Of a DNA stretch of 64,000 nt, positions 1 to 10,200 are shown one piece after another. How positions within the stretch are numbered: position 1 is the stretch's first letter; every line of letters begins with the position of its first letter. The notes under the pieces were generated by a model. That model was given only the letters and a program-made list of their open reading frames with translations. It did no database searches and was not told the origin of the DNA. The DNA is from Porphyridium purpureum. Lineage: Eukaryota. A program made the position numbers and the translations under genes. The stretch is taken from the NCBI GenBank assembly GCA_008690995.1, contig VRMN01000005.1:310001-374000 (forward strand), given 5' to 3'.

Positions 1-768
1 CGCTGTGTGCCTTTGGGTGTGCTCCATATGGCAGGCTTCTTGCTCACAAACATGTCTCTTGGAGCTGTCAGTGTCGCGTTTACGCACACCGTGAAGGCAA
101 CAGAACCATTCTTCTCCGTTGCGCTTTCTCCCAGTATGCTTGGTGAGGTACCCACGTGGGGCATTCTGGGCAGTCTGTTCCCCATCGTCGCCGGTGTGGT
201 GCTGGCGTCCGCGAATGAGGCCAGCTTTACGTGGTTTGGCTTTCTCAGTGCCCTTGGCTCCAATTTGGCACTGCAATCGCGAAATGTGTACTCGAAACGC
301 TTTCTGAAAAAGGGCACGCAGATCGACAACATCAACCTGTTCGCGGTCATCACGATTGTCGCCATGCTCATCATGGCGCCGCTCACGTTGCTCATTGAAG
401 GCTTCAAGCTCGGGCCGCAAACCATGGCGGCGAGCGGTTTTCCAGCTGTGAAATTATGGCGTATGCTCGTTCTTGGTGGCCTGATGCGCTGTGCGGATGT
501 GCTAGCATCATACATGATTTTGAATCGCGTCTCTCCAGTCACGCACTCGGTCGGAAATTGCGTGAAACGTGCCGTCGTGATCGTTATGTCCGTGATTGTT
601 TTTCGCACACCCCTGAACTGGCTCAACATTGTAGGCACCGTGACAGCGCTCTTGGGCGTTCTGGTCTATTCGCTCATGGTCGTGGGGTGCAAGCAAAACT
701 ATTTTGGACCAGACCACCCATTGTGCCAGCCCATCTTTGAGTCCTTTGAAGATGGTGCTGGTATCTAA
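1..768 (+). CDS. Triose-phosphate/phosphate translocator family protein (5' partial)
   Basis: Frame open from base 1. Motifs FTHTVKATEPFF and SPVTHSVGNCVKR plus multiple TM segments are typical of the TPT/GPT/PPT family. Confidence 0.9.
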   Translation, partial: RCVPLGVLHMAGFLLTNMSLGAVSVAFTHTVKATEPFFSVALSPSMLGEVPTWGILGSLFPIVAGVVLASANEASFTWFGFLSALGSNLALQSRNVYSKRFLKKGTQIDNINLFAVITIVAMLIMAPLTLLIEGFKLGPQTMAASGFPAVKLWRMLVLGGLMRCADVLASYMILNRVSPVTHSVGNCVKRAVVIVMSVIVFRTPLNWLNIVGTVTALLGVLVYSLMVVGCKQNYFGPDHPLCQPIFESFEDGAGI

Positions 769-920
769 ACTCAAGACTCCGCACGTGGGGGCAAGCCGGT
801 ACGGGCATTGCAAGCATCCAGATCATGCCTCCCAAGCACCTGTCTAGATTGGAGATAATAATGTAAAGCATGTTTCAGTCTCGGGTAATCGATCTCGATC
901 CAATCTATTGTTCGTCTACA

Positions 921-2147
921 CTACGCCTCGACCAATACAGCAGCTGCGCTCATATTCAATGCCTCTGGAAGTGCCTGACAATTCTTCACGCGCTCAATGT
1001 TGTTCACATTAAAAAAGTTAACCAACGCTGCCAGTTTGGGCCGCATGATGCGCAGGAACAAGCTAATTGCCTGCTTGACCAGCGCGTGGTCAGGCTCGTA
1101 CAAGCGATTCAGAAAGACCTCATCGCCAGGAACGGCAAATCTGATCTTTCCGGCTACCAAGCGCACGACCCAAGGATGCGCGTCGTGCAACGTGCGCTTG
1201 TATGCGACCTCCACCGAGTCTGGTAGCGAGGTGTTGTCCAGGAAGCGGGTCATCATGATCTCCACAAACTGAAGGCTGCGCTTCATCCAAATCAAACAAT
1301 CTGTACCTTCTCCCTTGGCATTCTCGCACTCGACCATGCGGTGTAGCGTCACGATGCCGTGTTTCACGCACGAAGCCTTTACCTTTGCCATTTGACTATT
1401 CCAGTCATTCTTGATGACGCTCAGCGCCCCGCCGAGGGCATCCACCACAATCAGGATTGACTGCATAGCTGTAATGAACTGGTCTGCAATCATATCGCCA
1501 GACTCCGTGACCTGCAGATTCCTCCACGCATCGATGATTGAAACAAACTGGTTCCCTTGCTCCTCTTCAAGCGTGCGCAGCCGAGCAATGAGAGCTTCGT
1601 CCGCCATCTCTATGGCTGATGGCAGCACTTTCTGGTCAAATTGCACCGAGAAGCGCACCGAGGGTCGAGATTCAGCGCGCAAGCCGAGTCCTGTGCTCAT
1701 CCGCTCGGGAATGCCCCTCTGCTCGGTGTCAACAAGATACACCAGTGCACTGCGCATGGTGGCCAACTCTGAGAGTTCATCATCGCCATCATCGTCGCCT
1801 TCGTCCAGATCTTGATCCTGGCCCGCCGCCGCCACCTGCTCAGCCAGCGTGCTTTGACGGACCGCATCGTCCGCGGCCGGCTGAAACGTGAGCGCCTCCC
1901 CGCCGAGCGACATGCGTTTGGACATTCCACACTGCCCCAGCGCGTAGTCCTGCGTCTTCGGCTCCAGAAACGCCGCCGCGTCAAACGTCCTTGGCTCATC
2001 GTGCGCATCCAGCCCTTGCGGTGCGGCGGCGTTATCAAACTTGTCGTACGCATCCACCTGCAAGGACAACCCATCAAACGCCTCGAGCTGCCCCACGCCA
2101 GCCGTCTTGGCCCTGCGATGCTTTGGTCGCGCTGCCATCTCACCCAT
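921..2147 (-). CDS. Glycolipid transfer protein (GLTP) domain protein with acidic N-terminal extension
   Basis: The C-terminal ~200 aa contain IKNDWNSQ, GTDCLIWMKRSLQF and AYKRTLHDAHPWVVR, matching the GLTP fold. Confidence 0.8.
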   Translation of the reverse strand: MGEMAARPKHRRAKTAGVGQLEAFDGLSLQVDAYDKFDNAAAPQGLDAHDEPRTFDAAAFLEPKTQDYALGQCGMSKRMSLGGEALTFQPAADDAVRQSTLAEQVAAAGQDQDLDEGDDDGDDELSELATMRSALVYLVDTEQRGIPERMSTGLGLRAESRPSVRFSVQFDQKVLPSAIEMADEALIARLRTLEEEQGNQFVSIIDAWRNLQVTESGDMIADQFITAMQSILIVVDALGGALSVIKNDWNSQMAKVKASCVKHGIVTLHRMVECENAKGEGTDCLIWMKRSLQFVEIMMTRFLDNTSLPDSVEVAYKRTLHDAHPWVVRLVAGKIRFAVPGDEVFLNRLYEPDHALVKQAISLFLRIMRPKLAALVNFFNVNNIERVKNCQALPEALNMSAAAVLVEA

Positions 2148-2588
2148 CCCTTAGTCCCTTCGCCTTCCCCTCCCCCTTTCTGCTCCCCCTTTCTGCTCCC
2201 CCTTTTCACTCCGCACCTAACGCCCTCCGCCCTCACCACTCACCCAGCTCACCCTACCCGACTCCCGCTTTCAGTTCCTCCACTCGCCCCATCCTTCCAA
2301 AATCGACACAACTGTACCTTCCCCCTGCCAAAGTACAGCGACCGCTCAATCACTGTACAGCCGCCGCAAAACCTGTACGTGTCCGCATCTAAAAATAGCG
2401 CGGCTTATTGCATGATGTGGCGTGATTATCGATCATGCGTGAAAACACGCGTGTGCGTGGTGAAAGCGGGGAAATTCAGAGCGCGCATGGAACGGCTTCG
2501 TGGCCGGTGTGTATGTGGATGGAGTGATTTTAGTAGAGGGAGGGCGTTGCTGATGTGCTGCGGAAGGGGGGAGCGAGAAGGCGGCAAA

Positions 2589-2612
2589 GTGTGTGTGTGT
2601 GTGTGTGTGTGT
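2589..2612. repeat. (GT)n microsatellite
   Basis: Direct reading. Confidence 0.9.
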
Positions 2613-2674
2613 TGGTCTGTCACGTGGTATATTGGTGGGACAGATGGACTGTGTCGAGCGAGACGGACACGGCG

Positions 2675-2682
2675 TATAAAAA
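2675..2682 (+). promoter_or_regulatory. TATA-like box upstream of the 2832 gene
   Basis: TATAAAAA ~155 bp before the ATG, followed by a purine-rich leader. Confidence 0.45.
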
Positions 2683-2831
2683 GGGGCGAGAGGAACCGAG
2701 AAGACTTAATCGCGCTGGGGTCGGGAGAGTAACTGCCGACGAAGGACGTAGAGGAGTTTGGAAAGCGTATCATAGCACGGCAGAGCACGGCACGGAAGAG
2801 CAGGGGAAGAGTTGCAGGGGACTACGGAAGC

Positions 2832-3614
2832 ATGGGGATGTTTAGTTGTTTGGGCGTCGATGAGGAGGCCGAGCGGCGGGAGCGCGAGGAAATGATTGCC
2901 AAGGCGCGCGCGCAGAGCGTCGTGCTACCGGAGGAAAATGAGGCGCTCAAGGGCGCCGCTGTGGTGGGCGACGCCAAGTTTAATGCGGCGAGTCCGTGGG
3001 AAGAGGCGCGCCGCGAGCAGGCCAGGAGGGAGGCAGAGGAGGCTCGCAAGGCAAGGCAGGCAGAGGAGGCGCTGCAGAAGAGCATGAAGAGGAACGCCTC
3101 ACAAGATGCCGCGGCGGGGCCCAAGGACCGTAAGCGCCCGGCAGGCGCCGCGGGCCCAATGAAAATGCAATCCATCTTCGCCAGCTTCCGCCAGAAGTTC
3201 GAGGACAAGGCGCGCGACCCCAGTGCCGCCACCGCGGGCGAAGGCGATGCAGAGAAGCCCAAGTCTGAGTATCAGCCGCCAAAGACCATCAAGAAGGAAA
3301 ACAGTGTGGCCGCGTGGAGTCAGCGGTTTGAGAAGGGACGCGTACCCACCGCAGCCAAAGAGTACAAGAGCGAGTTTGAAAAGGAAAAGGAAACGCTGCC
3401 GATGCAAACGCTGGAAGAACGCCAGAGAGAAATCGAAAAGCGCGAGGCAGAAAAGCTCATGACAGACGAGTTCAAGGTACAAGTCGGGCTGGGCAAGGCC
3501 AATTACCGTGCGGGCTCGCAGCCCAGGGGCGCTAAGGTTCGCCGCCTGCAGCACGACCTAGCGGGCTCGACATACCACTTTGCTGGTGTTCAAAAGAATG
3601 CAGATTTTGAGTAA
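2832..3614 (+). CDS. Hypothetical charged/coiled-coil protein, possible N-myristoylation and palmitoylation
   Basis: 260 aa ORF with GC3-rich codons. N-terminus is MGMFSCLG. Confidence 0.75.
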   Translation: MGMFSCLGVDEEAERREREEMIAKARAQSVVLPEENEALKGAAVVGDAKFNAASPWEEARREQARREAEEARKARQAEEALQKSMKRNASQDAAAGPKDRKRPAGAAGPMKMQSIFASFRQKFEDKARDPSAATAGEGDAEKPKSEYQPPKTIKKENSVAAWSQRFEKGRVPTAAKEYKSEFEKEKETLPMQTLEERQREIEKREAEKLMTDEFKVQVGLGKANYRAGSQPRGAKVRRLQHDLAGSTYHFAGVQKNADFE

Positions 3615-3674
3615 CAATTAACCATCATTAACAGCTCGGCATCCCATGACCGAATACAATTTATAGTACACACA

Positions 3675-5282
3675 CTATGTCAACACCCTGTCAGATTTAG
3701 TTCTCCGCAGTACAAAGTACGCGGCACCAACCACGGCCCCTAAGGGCAGAATTCGCCAAATCGTGTGGGCCGGGCTCACCAAGTCGTCAGAATAGAGTGG
3801 CCCATGCGATGCATCTAAGCACATCACCGTGAACGAAAACGGAAATTGTCGCGCCTGTGACGGAGCCGTCACACTATGCAGTGTGGGTGTCACCAAAAGC
3901 GAGGCGGCGCCGTTCAAAGTGACGCACTCGTGCGACACTGTAAATGCACGCGCGTCGCTGTGCACCGAAATGTTGCACCGCACACGTGACTCGTCACTGC
4001 TTCGGATAGAAACAGAACCTAGCTGCAGGGTCTTCATGGGAGGTAACCGAAACGACACCATGCCAGTCCCCATGCGAGAAACGGCGCCCACACGATATTT
4101 TGTATCTGCGTACTGTGCGTGCACTTGGCCGCCCAGTATGATTGTCTCCGGATTCAGCCCAGGCGCGGTGATTTTCGCGTTGGCGAATATTCCGAGCCCA
4201 GAGCTTGCGTGCGAAGTGGAAGCGCACTTTTTCTCCCAGGTACCGCTAATCGTGTCGAATGGAGGCACGGGTATGCTGAAATGAATGCGAACTTTTCCGG
4301 GTGCGTGGCATCGGTACAACACGAAGAACGCGTTGGATGGCTGTGTCTGTGTTTGCCGCAGTTGATTTGCACCGCGCGTGCCCCACAGCTGTGATCCGGA
4401 CGCGGCACTGCTAAACACTGCCACGGACGCCACCCGTTCGTCGCTTGAGACTATATTCGGTGGCAAGAACGCTTGCAACACGCCGTTCACTTGGAGCACG
4501 ATGTGGAGCTCCGTCTCTTCCACGTGATCCATTGCAACAGGTGGCACTGGCGAATCCAATGAGACGACCGTGGAACGCTCCGTGAACGAACCCATGTCGT
4601 AGGGGACGATGAGCTGGATTCTGCCATGCGCGCCCGCGCCGCACACTTTGAGCCAGCTGAAAGAGAGGCGCTCGCCGCTGGGCAGCGCCCAGTCAAACCG
4701 TATCACGTCTCCTTTGGAAGTCGTGTGAGCTGCATCTGTGCACAGCAAACGCACAGTGAAGTGGCCCGATGCCGAAGCCGCGTCGGACTCAAAGTCAATC
4801 ACGTGCGAGCGCGGCGCCGCGCCCAACCGAGAATTTCCCGCGTCAAATGAAACGCGCGGCGGCTGGAGCAGAGAAAGGTCTGGCGATGCGCCACTCGAGA
4901 ATGAGTCGCCCTGAGACTGAGCAGCGGCGTTCGGCGGCTGGAAGCGGAAGCGGAATTGGAGGTCTGACGAGAACTTGCCCTGCACAAAGCAGCGCGACTC
5001 TGCGAGCTGGTCGCTCTCCTGCTCGCCTTCCTGCTCGCCTTCGCGCGCTTGCAGCACGCCCGACCAACCGCCGATCCCAAGCGCGCCGGCGCGCACATCG
5101 CACGCGTGCCACACGCCAATGAGCCCTTCGCGCCCGCCTCGATACACGGCGAGCGCGTCATGACTTGTGCCTTCCACACCCAACGCTTCCAGCTCCAGCC
5201 CGCTCAGCAAATCTATCCGCGCGCCTTCCACCAGCACTGCCACCACAACCAATCCCACCCACGCTCTCCATCCGCCAATCAT
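3675..5282 (-). CDS. Hypothetical type I membrane protein (signal peptide, three Cys-paired repeats, C-terminal TM)
   Basis: ATG at 5282 gives MIGGWRAWVGLVVVAVLVEGA. The C-terminus is IWRILPLGAVVGAAYFVLRR. The upstream ORF extension runs through a (CT)n tract. Confidence 0.75.
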   Translation of the reverse strand: MIGGWRAWVGLVVVAVLVEGARIDLLSGLELEALGVEGTSHDALAVYRGGREGLIGVWHACDVRAGALGIGGWSGVLQAREGEQEGEQESDQLAESRCFVQGKFSSDLQFRFRFQPPNAAAQSQGDSFSSGASPDLSLLQPPRVSFDAGNSRLGAAPRSHVIDFESDAASASGHFTVRLLCTDAAHTTSKGDVIRFDWALPSGERLSFSWLKVCGAGAHGRIQLIVPYDMGSFTERSTVVSLDSPVPPVAMDHVEETELHIVLQVNGVLQAFLPPNIVSSDERVASVAVFSSAASGSQLWGTRGANQLRQTQTQPSNAFFVLYRCHAPGKVRIHFSIPVPPFDTISGTWEKKCASTSHASSGLGIFANAKITAPGLNPETIILGGQVHAQYADTKYRVGAVSRMGTGMVSFRLPPMKTLQLGSVSIRSSDESRVRCNISVHSDARAFTVSHECVTLNGAASLLVTPTLHSVTAPSQARQFPFSFTVMCLDASHGPLYSDDLVSPAHTIWRILPLGAVVGAAYFVLRRTKSDRVLT

Positions 5283-5283
5283 C

Positions 5284-5318
<35 letters not shown>
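5284..5318. repeat. (CT)n microsatellite in the 5' leader of the 5282 gene
   Basis: Direct reading. Confidence 0.9.
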
Positions 5319-6399
5319 GCTCTTACTTACACACCACATTCACCTCCTGCCGTCTGACAGTCCTTGTTCCCCTCTACACGAAAACCAGTTTCGGTCTTCC
5401 GCGCACTTCACAAGCTGCCGGTTCAAAACCAAAAAAAAAAGGTTAACCGTTTCGCCATTGTCGCATTGCAATGCAATCTTGTCAGTGGTGTACACTAGCG
5501 CGTGATGCGGCGTAGAACTGTACAAACCCTAGAGTAACTCGTATCAACCCTAGCCGCAATGCGACCAGCGCGCTCGCGCGCCGCCAATTCAAGTTCCGGA
5601 GCCGCTGCGTTGTTGGCGTGCGCAAAAACAGGGTGCTGATGCGGAAGTGTCCTCCGCGGCAACGTGCTGGCGACGGTTTGAGTGCGCAAGTTGCGCGGCA
5701 TGTGATGGTGCTGCTGGTGCTGCTGGTGCTGCTGGTGGGGATTGGGAATCATGTGGTCGGTTGCTGACGCAGATACACACGATGGCATCCACATATGCGC
5801 AGAATCATTGTGAGCGAGAAGGAAACACATGCTGAGTCAGGAGTTACACCGGACGACGCACACGGCACAGGACCATGTTTGTTGTTGGCGCGTGGACGAG
5901 AAGTGGGATGGACAGGCGTGCAGAGGACGCAAGTTGCTGTAGGCTGGACGCTGATTTACGACATGACATGTGTGTATGGACGGTGATGGTGCTGCGACCA
6001 TGGATTCAGCACGTGGGTGGTGGGGAGGAGCTAGCTTTGCGCGGAAAAGCCAGCATGCTTGTACTCAGTTTTACTAGTGTTGCACATGTCGTCAGTTTGC
6101 TAGTTTCAAGCGACCCGAACGCTTTCAGTTCGGGCGGTGTTAGTGCGGGTTTGCGTATTTACGTGCCAAACACAGGGCGATTGCAAGGACGAGAGAATTC
6201 AAACGGTTTCCTGCGAACGAACGACAGTGGAATCTCCGACGAGAGGCGCGACGTTCGCGGGCACGCGTATATCTGGATATCGTCGTCGCCGCTCTCGCGG
6301 AAAGGCGGCCGTTCAAACAAAAGGATACCCGCGAAGCACCACTTGCGCACGAGGGAGCAAAGCGGAAAGCGCTGTTTTGCTGTCGCGTGCAGCAAAGGA

Positions 6400-7059
6400 A
6401 TGACCGAAATGCTCCAGAACATGACGGGGCAACCACTGCAGTCGGCTCCGCGCAGCGACGCGCGAAGGGATGCGCTGCGTTTGGTCAAGTCTGATCTCTC
6501 AAACCATCTGCAAGGGCCAGAGTCGCTCTCAGTAACGCAGAGAAAGCCCCCTGGCAGACCGCGGTTGCCTTTCTCTGGCGCGCCCGGTAGCAGCCAGTCG
6601 ATGATGTCAACGTCACACATGGTCAAGCTGATGGAGAAGGTAAAGACCGAACGCGCCGAAATCGCGTTGCCCTTGGGCGAGGGACTTGCTCGTCCGGTGC
6701 AGCGAGTCGCTTCTTCTTCGTCTTCGGCAAGTTTCTCGGGGCTAGGCTCAAAAGACAGTTCAATCTCCTCTGTTTATTCTTCCCGATGCGGATCGCCTCC
6801 TGGGCGGGAAGAGAAGGCCTTGCTGAGTGTGGCCGACACAGGCCTTCGCAAAGTATCCAGTGTTGGAAAGGGTTCATCCGATTCGGCGGCATGTCATTCC
6901 GACGCGCATCGAAACCCAACCATGTCGCTCGTGCAAGCGCTATCGCCAAAGTGCTTGCGAAGTCGAGACTTTCGGCGCTTGCCAACCATCCGTGAAGAAG
7001 ACGAAGAAGGAAGATCGTGGGACGACAGTACGGACTCTGAAGTAAGCGCCCGTGCATGA
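6400..7059 (+). CDS. Hypothetical Ser-rich disordered protein with an LxxIxE motif
   Basis: 3' part of the 394 aa ORF. Start placed at MTEMLQNM (uncertain). LPTIREEDEE lies near the C-terminus. Confidence 0.55.
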   Translation: MTEMLQNMTGQPLQSAPRSDARRDALRLVKSDLSNHLQGPESLSVTQRKPPGRPRLPFSGAPGSSQSMMSTSHMVKLMEKVKTERAEIALPLGEGLARPVQRVASSSSSASFSGLGSKDSSISSVYSSRCGSPPGREEKALLSVADTGLRKVSSVGKGSSDSAACHSDAHRNPTMSLVQALSPKCLRSRDFRRLPTIREEDEEGRSWDDSTDSEVSARA

Positions 7060-7283
7060 CCATTTAGCAACTGCAGAAAGTGCGAGAGATCGCAGTTTAT
7101 ATATTTATGCGCGAGAGTAAGCGAGAATAAAACACAGGCGGTGCAGCCGCGGCGGCAGCACTTGGAATCAAAGCTGTGCGAAACTGCTGGACACGCCAAG
7201 AACGCAAATTCGCAAATCGATGGGGGACAAGAAAAGCCGAAACCCCGCCGGATCCGTCATCTGACCTGCCTGTCTCATGTTGC

Positions 7284-10200
7284 TCAAGTCCCTCCGTAAA
7301 AGCTTACAATCGAATCTCCAAACCCGGCCGCAAGCATGCTTTTGCCAGGGTTGTACGCCAGCGAGGTGACAGGCCCAATTCGCGTGCTCAAGAAACCCTC
7401 ATGAAACTTGATCTCTTTACGCACATCGCCAGTGCTCGACAAAAACTTGATGCTGCGATTGGCCGACCCCGTGATGAGTGGCGAATGGTCGACGGGCCGC
7501 ACAACCATAGAGGTCAATTTACCAGGGTGCGCATTGATACTTCGAATCACGCCGCGTCCCATCATGCGGAAATCCCACACGTTCACGAGCCCGCAAAAGT
7601 CGGCCGAGTAGAGAAGCTGGCGTTCGCCAATCCTGCTCGCCCTGCTATCGTCCACACCCAGCGCCACCACCGGCACCTTGTGTGCTCTGGGAGCGACTGT
7701 GACCCTGCCATCGCCGCCCTGCGTGCGGGAGTCAAGTACGACAAGCGAGCCGTCGCTGCCGCCAACCACGTACGCGTCGCGCATATATTCATTGCGCGGA
7801 TCCCCGCCCAATACAGAAGCTACAAACGCATCCTCGGAAAGAACCGCCGACTTCCACGCACAGGTTTCCGTATGCATGTCCCATAAGCGCACTAGACTGC
7901 GTTCGCAACCACCAGTAATCATGTATTCATGCATTCCGCTCCAATGCATCGCGCATCCGTATCCAGTTTCCGTGCCCACGCTTGGCGAGCTGCTCGTAGG
8001 TATGGCAGGATTTTGACTACTACTGGTGCTATTGCTGCGGGCCCATAGTCCCAATCGGCTGGCGCTAGGTCTCAATCGATTATACGACTGCTGCACGTTC
8101 AACAGGTCAAGTTCGGCGGTACGGGACGCTGCATGGAAAGCAGACAGAAAGAACACGCGCTCGCTGACCTGATCTTTACGCCAGAGAGCGACCTGTCCAT
8201 CGGCCGAGCTGCACGCATAGACCGGTTCCTCGCAGGGCGCTCCCGTAACCGATAGGCTCGTCACTCCGTACCGCAGAGAGTCTTTGAGCCGCGGGACACC
8301 AAGAATGTCTTTTTTAGACCACTTTTCAATATCAAAGACCATGACCGTGCCTGTTGATGTTCCCATTGCAAGCAATGGATGGTGCTCAGCAAATGCCATC
8401 GACCAGATTCCGCCTTGCATTGTCTCAAAAGACGCAACTTCGTCCATTTTGGCTATATGATGCTGATGCTCACCACCACCCATCGAACCAACCGCCAATC
8501 CTGCTGCTCCTGAAATGGGCATCATGCCACCAAATGAGCCAGTTGTCGTCGACGACAACACTGCTTCTACGGGCGGGCTCTCAGGGACACTGAGAGTCGT
8601 GCTACTACTCCATACTGGCGATGTCATTGACATGCTGCCATGATTTCCATGAGCGAGGTGGTGCTGGGCAAACACTGAGGCCTCATACATCCCCATGCCT
8701 CCGGTGCTGCTCGATCGATCGTCCATGTCCATCTCGATCGAGAGAATTTCTCGACAGCTCCATTCGTAAAGCGATGGGATCTGTGCAAGGGCGCGTTGCA
8801 ACTCAGCACGCGTAGAAACGTCGAATCCCCACTGGTCTACAAAAGAGCGGGCCCCTGGTCCTTTCACTCCGCCACCCTGCCCGTGCATGTGGCCCGCAGC
8901 ACTGCTTCCGCCCAGATCACCACCTATACCATGAATGCTGTTCTGGGGTCGGTTTGGATTGAACAATCGTTGAAACAGGCTACCAACCGCCTCGAAGGAC
9001 AAAACACGAGGAAGCGAGTCATGGCCATGATGAACTGAATCCTCATCCTTGAGCCGGTCGGCAGCACTCTGTGCACCGATGCGTCCGCCGGTGGCCACTT
9101 TGCCATGTGGCTGTAGTCCGGGTGGCGCATTGCTAGCGTTGTTACAGGATCGAAGGAAGAGCCGGCGCGCGTTAGAGTCCTTGGGGAGCAACGATTCAAC
9201 GAGGGATACGCACTCGTAGCCTACAAAAGCAATCACTGGGTGTGCGTCGCTGCTAACGACATTGATGATTGACCATAGGCGCATCATTATCAGCCGATCG
9301 AGACCTAGGTCTGATGAGGCATTGCCGGACATCATTCCCGTGGATGCCGCGAGGCCGGCTTCACGTGTATCCATGTCGATGCCGTCAGGGTACTGTTCCC
9401 GAACGCCGCGGCTTGCGGTAACTACGCGCGCGTCCAGGAGAGCAGCCATTTCCGCAGCACGAGACTCTATTATCCGGCTCGAAATGAGCGCCACTTCTCT
9501 CCGGCAAAGCGGTGAAGCCTCATCATCGCAAATCGTCGTGGCAAAGTGGTCGAGCATTTGCAAACAGAGGTTTGCAAATTCTTGGATTCGCGGGTCAGGC
9601 AACGCACCCAGCTTTCGCATCAAGTCATCAGCCACTTCATCCCCATCACTGTCAAGCACATTTTGGAGTCCACTGTCATTATCGAAATCCAGCAGCTGCT
9701 GCTGACCATCATGATCCCGCCCAGAATCTTGGATCCCCTTAGATACGCTGTAGCCGCCATCTTCAGGCTGCAGAAACTCGTCGTCCGCGCGTGACTGGGA
9801 AGAAGAAGCGAGAGCGGCAGCAAACTGATGCGCTTGCAAGGACAAATAACGATAAGTTCCAATAAATGCGTTACCCAAGAGTATAGAAGCAGCTGCGCGA
9901 ACCTCCGGGAACGGATCGTTGCGCTGCAAGTCAAAAACGGTCTGCAGTAGCTCTGGGTTACGGTACACGTCGTCAACATACTCGCTTGAATATGCAATAA
10001 ACTGCGATAGGCAGAAGAGGCACCATCTACGCACGAGAGGGTGCGGATCTGACAGGCGCCGTAGACAGCCCGTTACGAATTGTGGGTCCGATGCGCACTT
10101 TTCTGGTGCATCGGAGGCCACAGTTGACAGCACAAATGCCGCCATGGCAACATGCACCGCGGATGAGGACGATGAAGAGTATCCCTTTCCAAGAAACTCA

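Noticed and set aside
1812..2732. 306 aa plus-strand ORF and similar overlapping ORFs (30751-31731, 54667-55431, 40134-41045)
   Set aside because: Antisense to real genes and/or running through low-complexity leader and microsatellite sequence.
5875..6399. N-terminal 175 aa of the 394 aa ORF
   Set aside because: Composition looks like non-coding leader, although translation from the ATG at 5875 cannot be fully excluded.
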